Assembly: GCA_963835575.1 (NCBI GenBank)
Contig: CAWIGG010000004.1
Location: 928,001-992,000 of the forward strand
Length of the DNA stretch: 64,000 bases
Source: an uncultured Spirochaetota bacterium
Lineage (GTDB): Bacteria; Spirochaetota; Brevinematia; Brevinematales; JAOACQ01
Reading direction: 5' to 3'
Shown: in pieces, positions 30,452 to 39,521 of the stretch
How the letters are laid out: each line of letters starts with the position of its first letter
How positions within the stretch are numbered: position 1 is the first letter of the stretch
Translations under genes and position numbers: made by a program
The notes under the pieces: generated by a model
Seen by the model: the letters and a program-made list of their open reading frames with translations, nothing else
The model's database searches: none
What the model was told of the DNA's origin: nothing

Positions 30452-31636
30452 ATGGCTGCAAAGAGTCGGATTAAGACAAAACCCAATCCTCCCGGCGCGA
30501 AAGATGATAAAGGCATAATAATTGAAAAACCATCCGGGCAGAATCCCGAAAGACTTGCTTCTCTGGACGCCCTCAGAGGTTTTGTTATGTTCTGGATCAT
30601 CGGAGGAGACGATATATTAAATAACATCGCGCTTATTATCCATAACAGGGTTTTCAGCAATATTACGGTCTATTTCACACAGCATGTAAAGTGGGAAGGG
30701 TTCCACTTTTACGATCTGATTTTTCCTCTGTTCCTGTTTCTATCCGGGGTCAGTATCGCTTTTTCAATTAAAAACCGCCTCGATAAAGGCATGGAGAAAA
30801 AAATCCTGCTGTTAAAGATCATAAAAAGAACTCTCATACTATTTGCTCTTGGGTTGATATTCTACGGAGCCCTGCAGTTCAAAGGATTTGAGCATGTCCG
30901 TATTTTCGGGGTCCTACAGCGGATAGCGCTCGGTTATTGTTTCGCCGCTTTAATCGTGCTTTACACAAATATGAGGGTGCAGATTACTGTGTCCGTCATT
31001 ATTTTACTCATCTATTGGGCCCTTCTGAAGCTTATTCCCGTGCCCGGCTTCCCGCCCGGGACGCTGACTATCAATGGAAATTTAGTCGGATATATCGACC
31101 GGTCTTTATTCCTGCCCGGCCAGCTCCTCTGGCGCACATTTGATCCCGAAGGCCTTTTGTCGACGCTGCCGGCAATTTCCACGGCTCTCCTGGGAGTGTT
31201 CACGGGCTATTGGCTCAAATCGGGGCAGAAAGAAATTATTAAAACAGCGGGTTTATTCGGCAGCGGGGCCGTTTTATTGATAACCGGCTCTATCTGGGGT
31301 ATTTTCTTTCCGGTCGTAAAAAACCTCTGGACCAGCTCTTTTGTCCTTGTGGCAGGCGGGTGGAGCCTTTTATACCTGGGCTTGTTTTATCTTCTGATCG
31401 ATGTGTTGAAGCTGAAAAAATGGGCGTTTATTTTTATCATTATAGGGGTCAACTCAATAACCATTTATGTCGGTCAGGAAATTATTAGTTTTTACGGTAT
31501 TACCGGATATTTTGTCAATGGGATTCTGAAATGGATACCCTTTCAACGCGGATTGATATTGGCATGCTGTATTTTAACCGTAAAATTATTATTTCTGGCA
31601 TTCTTAAAAAGGCATAAAATCTATTTGAGAGTATAG
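30452..31636 (+). CDS. HGSNAT/NagX-like membrane acyltransferase (DUF5009 family)
   Basis: RLASLDALRG, DLIFPLFLF..G, GVLQRI, DPEGLLST, KNLWTSSF, GVNSI. Confidence 0.88.
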   Translation: MAAKSRIKTKPNPPGAKDDKGIIIEKPSGQNPERLASLDALRGFVMFWIIGGDDILNNIALIIHNRVFSNITVYFTQHVKWEGFHFYDLIFPLFLFLSGVSIAFSIKNRLDKGMEKKILLLKIIKRTLILFALGLIFYGALQFKGFEHVRIFGVLQRIALGYCFAALIVLYTNMRVQITVSVIILLIYWALLKLIPVPGFPPGTLTINGNLVGYIDRSLFLPGQLLWRTFDPEGLLSTLPAISTALLGVFTGYWLKSGQKEIIKTAGLFGSGAVLLITGSIWGIFFPVVKNLWTSSFVLVAGGWSLLYLGLFYLLIDVLKLKKWAFIFIIIGVNSITIYVGQEIISFYGITGYFVNGILKWIPFQRGLILACCILTVKLLFLAFLKRHKIYLRV

Positions 31637-31736
31637 GAAAATAATCAGACAATAATATTTTCATAGACTAAAATTCTTTTTATGGTTTGTCCTCCAGCCG
31701 GTGATTCTTATTCAGGCCTTACTGAAAAACGCCGGC

Positions 31737-31796
31737 CTATCCCTGAAAAACGTCCGTCTTATCCCTGCCGATGAAAAGATCGTCGCTACCGCATTT
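31737..31796 (-). pseudogene. displaced duplicate of the last 20 codons of the 35425-39171 gene
   Basis: encodes KCGSDDLFIGRDKTDVFQG* versus KCGSDELFIGRDKTAVFQG*; 49/60 nt identical to 35425-35484. Confidence 0.9.
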
Positions 31797-31820
31797 TAAC
31801 CTATTTACATTTTAATATTT

Positions 31821-32288
31821 TTATTTTGCTTTTAAATATATTTTTGTGGATGTAAAAGCACGTGCATCCATGTTCCCATTAAAGTTGATTGTATGGCTTG
31901 GTGTTTTTGTTCCTTTCTCATTAATGAGTTCATAACCACTCGTTAAAGCATGTTCAATCATTGCTTTTTCAACTAAATTAATGCACTTTTCTGCTTGCTG
32001 GCCACTTTTACATATTATTTCTCCAAAAATAAATAACCTTTCGCCGCTTAGTGCATCCCTTATAGCATTCATCATTCTAAGAGAATTTAGATGATTTTTT
32101 AACCTTGATCCTACATCTTTGCTTTTACCGATATAGATTGGAATAACCTTTTCTCCGTACCTTCTGCAAAACATATAAACACCTGTTTTCTTAATAAACA
32201 TCTCCATATTAGGTATTATATATACCAGCTTATCTTTAGTCCCATCCTCCATTGTTATTGAGTTATGCCATTTAATATCAATATCCAT
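31821..32288 (-). CDS. GIY-YIG nuclease family protein
   Basis: GVYMF...PIYIGKS....RL..H, later E and N (LINEKG). Confidence 0.75.
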   Translation of the reverse strand: MDIDIKWHNSITMEDGTKDKLVYIIPNMEMFIKKTGVYMFCRRYGEKVIPIYIGKSKDVGSRLKNHLNSLRMMNAIRDALSGERLFIFGEIICKSGQQAEKCINLVEKAMIEHALTSGYELINEKGTKTPSHTINFNGNMDARAFTSTKIYLKAK

Positions 32289-32375
32289 GTGATGTCTCCT
32301 TTAGTAAATTGAACATTCTCGTTATTATTGAGAATTAGACCAAAAACATTTACCATCAATAAGTAAAATGTTCTT

Positions 32376-34124
32376 TTAGAATCTTATTCCTAAAAGCCCG
32401 CCGTCATCTTTTGCGTCAGTTAAAGTCTTCCTCACATACTTATCAAGGTCAAACCCTTTGCTAAAGTCTTTTACAGGCATTGTGTCCGAATTCATGGTGC
32501 AGATGTACTGGAATTTTAGCCTTTCTGATTCTTTTGCTGCCAATTCAAGAGCCAAAGCTTTTTGCCGCTCATCTACATCCGCAAAGATTATGCTGTCATG
32601 AATAAGAAGCCTGGGAGAAATATTTTTTTCTGCCCAGATTTGCGCAAGCACGAGATCGTAACAGAATATCTTCATGTTACCGATACCATAACTTCCAGAG
32701 CGCTCAATAATGACTCCAAACTTAAAACCCGTCTTTGAAACATCTATTGAGAGCGTACCCGGCGCTTCATAGAGTGCTTTCGAGTTAGCATTGAAAAGAA
32801 GGATTGCTTTTTCCTTCTGAACTTTCCTTTCTGACAAATCTATACTTGCATGCTGTTGAAGAAGCTCCATCTCGACCGTTACAGCACTTTTCCCTTGTTC
32901 AAATATTTTCAGATTTTTTATCTTTATATCCAAGTCCTTCAATTCAGAAACGGTTTTCTGATGATTATTCTGCAATTGAGTATATTCCTCAAGGGCACCA
33001 TGCTCTTGCAGAACAAGCAGCAGTTCCACTTTCTTTGAGGACAGCTCCTGCTTTAGCTGCTCTCTCCCTGCTATTTTACTTTTTATATTCTCTATCTCTA
33101 TCTTCAAAAAATCTTTTCTGTTAGCAACAACCTGTTTGTGAAAAGATAAAACATCGTCCAACCTCTTAGTCACAAGGTCTGGCAAAGTTAATCCCGCTTC
33201 TTCATAAACCTTAGTTACAGATTCTGGTCTTGCGTCAACTTCTTCCTTTAGGCTTGCTTCATAGTACTCAAGAAGCCTCTTGTCACTTATGTTCTCATTA
33301 ATCAGCTCATGGATCCTTCTGGTCAAATCGTTTGCATCCGTCTCAATCTTGTTATATTGCGGATGCACCCTGAAGCTTTTTAATTGTTCGCCTTCCTGCT
33401 TCGCCTGCTCTTCACTCCTAACCTTTAATGCCTCGAGCTCTCCAAGAGTTCCCATGAAGCTTGCAAGAATCCCTGTCTGCGCTTCCTGCTTAATCTGGGC
33501 AAGAATTTTCACTCTGTCCTTCAGGACTTGCCATTTCGAAGAAAACTCCCAGCCGAGACCAAGAAGGTATGCGTTGTTCACTTGAATATCCCACTCGTGC
33601 TGATTCTTGTATTGCTGGAATGGGTTAAGAAATGCCCCGCTTTGGCCGTTGCGCCTGACCAAGTAAGAAATCATGCTCCTAAAAGTGGGGACGTACTTCA
33701 TATCGCCAAAGGAAGGTTTAAGGTCGAACATCAGAACTCCAAGTACTCTGATCCAGTCGTTTCTCGACAATACTTTTGCGCCTGTTTCTTTATCTGTGTC
33801 TGGAGTAATTGGCCATCCAGAGCAATCTCCCTCAATAACTATTTTGTTTTGTTCAGAAATGTTTCTGGTCACAGAGTGTCTTTTTCCTGCTATGTCAAGG
33901 TCTATAGTAAATGACCAACCCTCCATCTCTTTTTTGCTGAGAGTATCACCTTTATTTGCTCCGAAGCAGAAATGGATAATTTCAATAAGAGTTGACTTCC
34001 CAAGTCCATTTCTGGAATCTTTCTTTGTGGACTCTTTCGTTCTTTCAGCAAGAATTACGTTAAATCCTGACTTAAACTCAATATTCTTGAACGATGACTT
34101 GTTGCTCTTTATTGAATAAATCAT
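32376..34124 (-). CDS. lmuB: SMC-like ABC ATPase of Lamassu/ABC-three-component system (DUF2326-type)
   Basis: Walker A DSRNGLGKST, coiled coil, GSYG signature, Walker B LLIHDS, DVDERQ. Confidence 0.85.
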   Translation of the reverse strand: MIYSIKSNKSSFKNIEFKSGFNVILAERTKESTKKDSRNGLGKSTLIEIIHFCFGANKGDTLSKKEMEGWSFTIDLDIAGKRHSVTRNISEQNKIVIEGDCSGWPITPDTDKETGAKVLSRNDWIRVLGVLMFDLKPSFGDMKYVPTFRSMISYLVRRNGQSGAFLNPFQQYKNQHEWDIQVNNAYLLGLGWEFSSKWQVLKDRVKILAQIKQEAQTGILASFMGTLGELEALKVRSEEQAKQEGEQLKSFRVHPQYNKIETDANDLTRRIHELINENISDKRLLEYYEASLKEEVDARPESVTKVYEEAGLTLPDLVTKRLDDVLSFHKQVVANRKDFLKIEIENIKSKIAGREQLKQELSSKKVELLLVLQEHGALEEYTQLQNNHQKTVSELKDLDIKIKNLKIFEQGKSAVTVEMELLQQHASIDLSERKVQKEKAILLFNANSKALYEAPGTLSIDVSKTGFKFGVIIERSGSYGIGNMKIFCYDLVLAQIWAEKNISPRLLIHDSIIFADVDERQKALALELAAKESERLKFQYICTMNSDTMPVKDFSKGFDLDKYVRKTLTDAKDDGGLLGIRF

Positions 34125-34348
34125 TTCGATGCCCTCCGCAGAAGGCCGTCTTGGAACTCGACTGCACCCATAATGAATAATAAATCGAGACCGAGTGTAA
34201 ATCTTTCAAAAGTCTTTACCTCTGGAAGTATATTGACGGTATTCCATAATGCAGTGACTGTATGGTTGTTATCTATGTATTTAAGAAGCACTGCGCCTAC
34301 GCTAATCAAAGAATTCGTTAATCTTATGTGCTTTGTTGGAAGGATCAT
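34121..34348 (-). CDS. lmuC: ABC-three-component middle component (LmuC-like)
   Basis: 75 aa, MILPTKHI...SL...GA..L...F...LD.LF..G; ATGA overlaps with both neighbours. Confidence 0.8.
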   Translation of the reverse strand: MILPTKHIRLTNSLISVGAVLLKYIDNNHTVTALWNTVNILPEVKTFERFTLGLDLLFIMGAVEFQDGLLRRASK

Positions 34349-35094
34349 TTTTCGAACACCTCACACTTCTCAAAAAGATAAACTAGGACAGCAAGTCCAG
34401 CTGCCTTCTGTTTGAAATTGTTACTCCCACCAGACGAAAAATCAAGCAATGCCATAAACAAATTATCACCCTCAAGCTCTTCAGCGTTTTTAAGCTGCTC
34501 ATATTTCATAACGAAGCCTTGCTTTAAGCGCTCTCCAAAATCAATGTCAGGAGATTTTCCAATATAGTCCCCGACCTGATTTGCCTGAATTGATCCCATA
34601 TTTATTAATGCCTCAATGCTTCCTGATAAGTTATTCTTTTTAATTTTATCCTTTGGAGGTATAACAGTAAAATCATCGCTAGGCATAGATTGACCAGAAA
34701 TCAAATATTTTGTGACAACATTCAACTCAGCAAAGGTAACATTCACAACCTCGGCCTTTGTACATTCCCTAATCCAATCCTCATGTTCCTTTTTAATCTG
34801 AAAAAGCATTACATCAGTATATGTATTTGGTTGATTGTCTATCTTTGTATGGCAATTAGGACATAACAATAAGAGGTTTGGGTAGCTATTTCTTTCAGTA
34901 TCACTCATGTTTGTATCGTAGCGGGCTGAGCCAGGGTTTTCTCCTTTTATGTGTGCAATCACTCCTATGATTGCGGCATTGTCAAAGTCATTACCAGGTT
35001 CAATAAGCTCCCGTCTACAATCAGGCAAAGCGCACCTGTTGCCACTTTTTATGCAAACAATCTTCTGCTGTTTCGGGGGAATATTCCCACTCAT
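34345..35094 (-). CDS. lmuA: HNH endonuclease effector with ABC-3C C-terminal domain (LmuA-like)
   Basis: SGNRCA.PDC, IAHI.G....ARY, NLLLLCPNCH..ID; ends YLFEKCEVFEK. Confidence 0.85.
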   Translation of the reverse strand: MSGNIPPKQQKIVCIKSGNRCALPDCRRELIEPGNDFDNAAIIGVIAHIKGENPGSARYDTNMSDTERNSYPNLLLLCPNCHTKIDNQPNTYTDVMLFQIKKEHEDWIRECTKAEVVNVTFAELNVVTKYLISGQSMPSDDFTVIPPKDKIKKNNLSGSIEALINMGSIQANQVGDYIGKSPDIDFGERLKQGFVMKYEQLKNAEELEGDNLFMALLDFSSGGSNNFKQKAAGLAVLVYLFEKCEVFEK

Positions 35095-35424
35095 TGCCTC
35101 ACACCAACCTCTATCCTTCTAGACAATAAACGGGGTAAAAACAGCTTCATAATTTACATTCTCCTTTCTACTAAAGACTGATAGGAGTTTTATAATTCCA
35201 GCTAAATGAATTGTAGTATAAAGAGATAAAAATCGCAAAAAAACACCGATCTTTTTGAAAATTAAGTCATGTTCGTACTTTTTAATAATAAATATATTTA
35301 GAAATCTCATGAATGTTAAACTAATTCTATTTTTCTTCGTGCCTTCCCGCCTTGTTAATTATTTCTTTTCAAATGAGGTAAGCTTTCGTCGGATGAACTT
35401 TTTTATTGATAAAAATCAAATAAT

Positions 35425-38400
35425 TTATCCCTGAAAGACGGCTGTTTTGTCCCTTCCGATAAAAAGCTCATCGCTGCCGCATTTCGGGCATTTATTATCG
35501 ATAAACAATTCTGATTTTTCAGAGCGGAAATCGCAGTTTGTACAGACCGTGTTTTTAGCCTGGTAAAGGGCCTTATCCGCCATGTCGATAAGCAGTACCT
35601 TGATCCCTTTTTTTATTCCTTCAATTTTTTCCCAATCCGCGCTCTTTATGTCCTGTATTTCAAAAATCTCCCTTAAACCGTTTATTTTGAGGTTTTCGCA
35701 GATAGCGGCCTCATTGTTGATGAGAGAAGAAACGCCGAAGCTGGAGGTGACATTTAACAGCTTATCGTTCAGATTAACGGATGTGCTTTTAATGTTGACG
35801 CGCAGTTTTTCCGCGACAATGGCCGCGTCATTCAGGGTCGCTTCGGGCAGGACGATGAGGAACTCCTCGCCGCCGTAACGCCCGGCTTTATCGTAGCTTC
35901 TGAGGGATTCTTTGATGATTTTACCGATCTGGGCCAGCAAAACATCGCCGGCCGGATGCCCATGCGTATCGTTAAAATTCTTGAAGTGATCGATATCCAT
36001 GAAAATAAGGGAAAGGTTTCGGAATGTCCGGAGCATGACGCGGTCATTCAGGAATTTCAGGATGGTATGCTTGTTGGCCAGGCCGGTCAGCTCATCTGTT
36101 GAAGCCTGCTGAAGCAGGAGTTTGTATTCCATGTACTTCCGTATATGCATATCAATATTGACGACCAATTCCCGCTCATCGACTGGTTTGTTCAGGTAGG
36201 CCAGGGCGCCTTTCTGCTTCCGCTCCAGCATGAGCGTCTTGTCTGTCATTGCGGTCAGGAACAGGATGGGGGTTTTCTTAAAGTCAGGATTGGATAAGAG
36301 CTGGTCGTGCAGTTCGTCGCCGCGCATTTTCGGCATATTATAATCGCTGATGATCAGATCAGGGCGGTATTGATATATTGCCTCAATACCGCTTTTTCCG
36401 TTCCCGGCCATGATGAAATTTTTATACCCGGCTTTGATCAGGTATTCCTTAACAATGTCCCTGATATAAAAATTATCATCTACAATAAGGATAACCCCTT
36501 TCTGCGGTTCAAATTCATTGTCTTTGTTCAAATCCGGAAAATCAGTGACTATTTCATCCTTCTGGCCGGAATCAATCAGATCGGAAGTGATGATGCTGTG
36601 GAATTCCTTCCGCTTGCCGGACTCGGAATTTTTAATATCAGCCGCGTCTTCGAGTATTTCCAGGTCCTTGAATATGTCTTTTCCCTTTTTCAGTTCAAGG
36701 ATAAAACGGGAGCCTTTATCAGGCCCGTCCGATTCGGCCCGGACCGTTCCCCTGAGATAACCTGTCAATTCCTTGACGAAAGCCAGGCCGATGCCTGTTC
36801 CTTTAAACCTTCCGTTGGCGCCGTTTTCAAGCTGTTCAAACCGGCCGAAAATGACATCGAGCTTATCCCGGGGAATACCGATCCCATTATCAGTAATGGA
36901 GAGCTCAATAGATGATTCTTTATCCTGGAGAGATATGGTAATTATACCGCTGCCGGGGTCGACAAACTTCAATGCGTTTGAAATAATATTATTAAGAATT
37001 TCCTCCAGTTTATCCACATCCGTATAGAAATCATTGATCTCATAGGAAGGAAGCCGGCAGTGGAACTGGATTTGAGTGGACATCGTCGCCGACAGATAAA
37101 AATCCGTTATATGTTCGATATAAGACCGGAGCATCAGCTTCTGAACATTCAGCTTGACGCCCTGCGCGTCCATTTTAGCCAGGTCCAGAAGCCGGTCTAT
37201 CGACATTTTTAATTTTAACGAAGCGTTATAGATGATGCTGTATCTTCGGATTATATTTTTAAAATCCTGGGTATTATCATACCGCAGGCCCAGGTCGGCA
37301 GTGTTCAGAATGATCATAAGCGGAGAACGGAAGTCATGCGTGATATTGGCTATAAAATCATTTTTTAGCCGGTCCAGCTGTGAAAGCTTTTGATTTGAGT
37401 CCTCAAGAGCGGCGGTCTTTTCCTGGATTATTTCCATATTCTTCATAATCTCTTTCTGCGCCGATTTCAGGCTCAGATTCGCTTTCTTCAAATTATCCAG
37501 CACCAGGGCCCCATGAATAGCGCTCGAAAGTTCGATGGAAAGAGTGTTATATAATCTTTCATCGACAGGCCCGGGTTCAAAGATGATATAACCTATCAGT
37601 TCCTGATGAATATGGATAAAATAAACCAGGAATGTATGGCTTTCTTTATCATAAAGCAGGCTTTCCAGCTGGTTTTTAGCGTCTTTTGAAATAGACCTGC
37701 TTTTTGGTTCCGCCCTTTTCCCATTGATTAATGAAAAAACAAGACGTTCTTTTGCTAATGTATCTTTTCCGTCCGGGAATAAAAAGATATGGCAATTCGG
37801 AACATTGATCCTTTTCAGGCTGGATTCAAACACATCCAGCAGTTTGTTAATATTAAACGTTATGACAATATTCTGGCCGATTTCCTGCATGACATGAGAA
37901 CTGCCCCGCCTCAGGACATCGCTGAAGCCTAAAACAGCCTCTATATGCTCTTGAATGACTATCTGAGACTTCAGCCATATATTCTCAGCCTGTTCACTCT
38001 GTCCCTTCAGGCATGGCGTGATAAAAGAACGGAATGTCAGAATATCCTGCTGTAAGTTGTAAAGCTCTTCAACGGTGATACCATGAGCAAAAATATTGCT
38101 TTCAAGCGTTTTTAAAAATCTGGTTTCGCTTTTATTTTTAATATCAGACTGAAAGCCGGAAAGAATTTTATCGAAATCCAGGATCTTGAGAGTGAGATTG
38201 CTTGCTTTAAAATCCTGCTTCAATTTTGCGCTTTCGATATTTCCGGCGGCGGTTTTTCTGTTTTCAAGAATATCAATTTTGACCCGGTCAAGCCTGCTGG
38301 AATCACAGCCGCAGGACCTTCTGATGCGTATCTCTCCCTGGACCGGAATAAGAAGGGGGGCTTTTTCACCGCCGATCATCTTCAATATAGTCAGACAGCC

Positions 38401-39171
38401 CACATATGCCTGCTGATAATACGGATAATAAACGGAAGTAAAAGAAGGATTGGAATACCGCCCTCTATCGCCGTCCTCCCAGCTGGTCAGCGCGATATCA
38501 TCAGGGACCCTGAGGTTCCTTGCCTTCAGTTCGTCCAGGATCAGCAGAGATTCGTATGTATACATGGACATGATCGCGTCTACTTCGATTTTTCTTTTAT
38601 CAAAAAGGATTGCCGCGATTTTTTTGGCCCGTTTAACGAAGAACCAGTCAACAGGCTTGTCCAGGTCCTCGTTTGTTAAAACCAGTTCCTTTTTAAAGAG
38701 CCCATGCTCTTTCATATATGCTTCATAGTCCTGATACCTGTTGTCCGGAATGATCGGTTTGACAAAGACTATGTTTTTATAATGATGCTTTTGTGTAAGG
38801 TGTTCAAGCAGTTCTTTTACATGTTCTCCGCCCTTCATATGAATGGAAGTGATGTTTTCCACTTCCCTGCCGATACTGACCAACGGCAGGGGCATCAGGT
38901 CTTTGAGAAGGCCCAGAAATTTTTTTGGGTTTTCCGCTATATCGCCCGACCAGCCCAGAAAAAGAAGACCGTCGGGCCTGACTTTCTTGATCATGGCGGT
39001 CATCAGTTCCAGGGGATAAGGATAGCGGTTCGCGTTGATATAAGTTTCAATCGTAAAACGGACAAGATTAAAATCATTTTCTTCGGCCGCTTTCATAGCG
39101 CCGGCGAGCATCTGGCTTTGATAATCATCGACAGACGTATCGCCGATGAAAGCAATCGTTTTTTTTCTCAT
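35425..39171 (-). CDS. soluble hybrid sensor: LacI-type ligand-binding + HisKA/HATPase + REC + GGDEF
   Basis: VPDDIAL...P.FTSV, IRRSCGC; ITHDFRSP, NIISNALKF, GTGIGL; LIVDD, DYNMP, KP; DELTGL, DIDHFK, RYGGEEF. Confidence 0.9.
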   Translation of the reverse strand: MRKKTIAFIGDTSVDDYQSQMLAGAMKAAEENDFNLVRFTIETYINANRYPYPLELMTAMIKKVRPDGLLFLGWSGDIAENPKKFLGLLKDLMPLPLVSIGREVENITSIHMKGGEHVKELLEHLTQKHHYKNIVFVKPIIPDNRYQDYEAYMKEHGLFKKELVLTNEDLDKPVDWFFVKRAKKIAAILFDKRKIEVDAIMSMYTYESLLILDELKARNLRVPDDIALTSWEDGDRGRYSNPSFTSVYYPYYQQAYVGCLTILKMIGGEKAPLLIPVQGEIRIRRSCGCDSSRLDRVKIDILENRKTAAGNIESAKLKQDFKASNLTLKILDFDKILSGFQSDIKNKSETRFLKTLESNIFAHGITVEELYNLQQDILTFRSFITPCLKGQSEQAENIWLKSQIVIQEHIEAVLGFSDVLRRGSSHVMQEIGQNIVITFNINKLLDVFESSLKRINVPNCHIFLFPDGKDTLAKERLVFSLINGKRAEPKSRSISKDAKNQLESLLYDKESHTFLVYFIHIHQELIGYIIFEPGPVDERLYNTLSIELSSAIHGALVLDNLKKANLSLKSAQKEIMKNMEIIQEKTAALEDSNQKLSQLDRLKNDFIANITHDFRSPLMIILNTADLGLRYDNTQDFKNIIRRYSIIYNASLKLKMSIDRLLDLAKMDAQGVKLNVQKLMLRSYIEHITDFYLSATMSTQIQFHCRLPSYEINDFYTDVDKLEEILNNIISNALKFVDPGSGIITISLQDKESSIELSITDNGIGIPRDKLDVIFGRFEQLENGANGRFKGTGIGLAFVKELTGYLRGTVRAESDGPDKGSRFILELKKGKDIFKDLEILEDAADIKNSESGKRKEFHSIITSDLIDSGQKDEIVTDFPDLNKDNEFEPQKGVILIVDDNFYIRDIVKEYLIKAGYKNFIMAGNGKSGIEAIYQYRPDLIISDYNMPKMRGDELHDQLLSNPDFKKTPILFLTAMTDKTLMLERKQKGALAYLNKPVDERELVVNIDMHIRKYMEYKLLLQQASTDELTGLANKHTILKFLNDRVMLRTFRNLSLIFMDIDHFKNFNDTHGHPAGDVLLAQIGKIIKESLRSYDKAGRYGGEEFLIVLPEATLNDAAIVAEKLRVNIKSTSVNLNDKLLNVTSSFGVSSLINNEAAICENLKINGLREIFEIQDIKSADWEKIEGIKKGIKVLLIDMADKALYQAKNTVCTNCDFRSEKSELFIDNKCPKCGSDELFIGRDKTAVFQG

Positions 39172-39457
39172 AAGAACACCTTCGGTTCAAAAATTGATAT
39201 CAACTTAAAAAAAGCTTTGAAATACAGCCCTGAAAATCCCCGCTTTATTATCATATATTATATCTCTTTTAAAATTATCTCAAGCTTAATTTTTAAATAT
39301 TATTTATGAATGCCTGATAATTGCCAATTCCGGATGACGGGATAATCTGGCTGTGTAATACTCAAAATAAGAAACAATCCAGGGTGTTTAACTTCACTCA
39401 AAATTGATGATAAAACCCGTTTAGACCGGCAAAAAACAGATATGAGTGAGGCCATTC

Positions 39458-39486
39458 TTGACAGGCCGTTCCCGGCGCCCTAAAAT
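39458..39486 (+). promoter_or_regulatory. sigma70-type promoter of mtaB
   Basis: TTGACA-17 bp-TAAAAT. Confidence 0.65.
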
Positions 39487-39521
39487 AATCAGTTTTATAA
39501 AAGAGAAGAGGTGAATGCTCT

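Larger units (their letters stand above)
31797..35484. mobile_element. defence islet bounded by diverged direct repeats (no integrase)
   Basis: flanking 60-bp repeats 31737-31796 / 35425-35484; visibly different base and codon usage from neighbours. Confidence 0.75.

Noticed and set aside
35095..35424. Integrase remnant or attC at the islet edge
   Set aside because: No tyrosine or serine recombinase motifs and no complementary GTT/AAC pair were found by eye.
31737..35484. Diversity-generating retroelement TR/VR pair
   Set aside because: Mismatches track third codon positions rather than adenines, and no reverse transcriptase is present.
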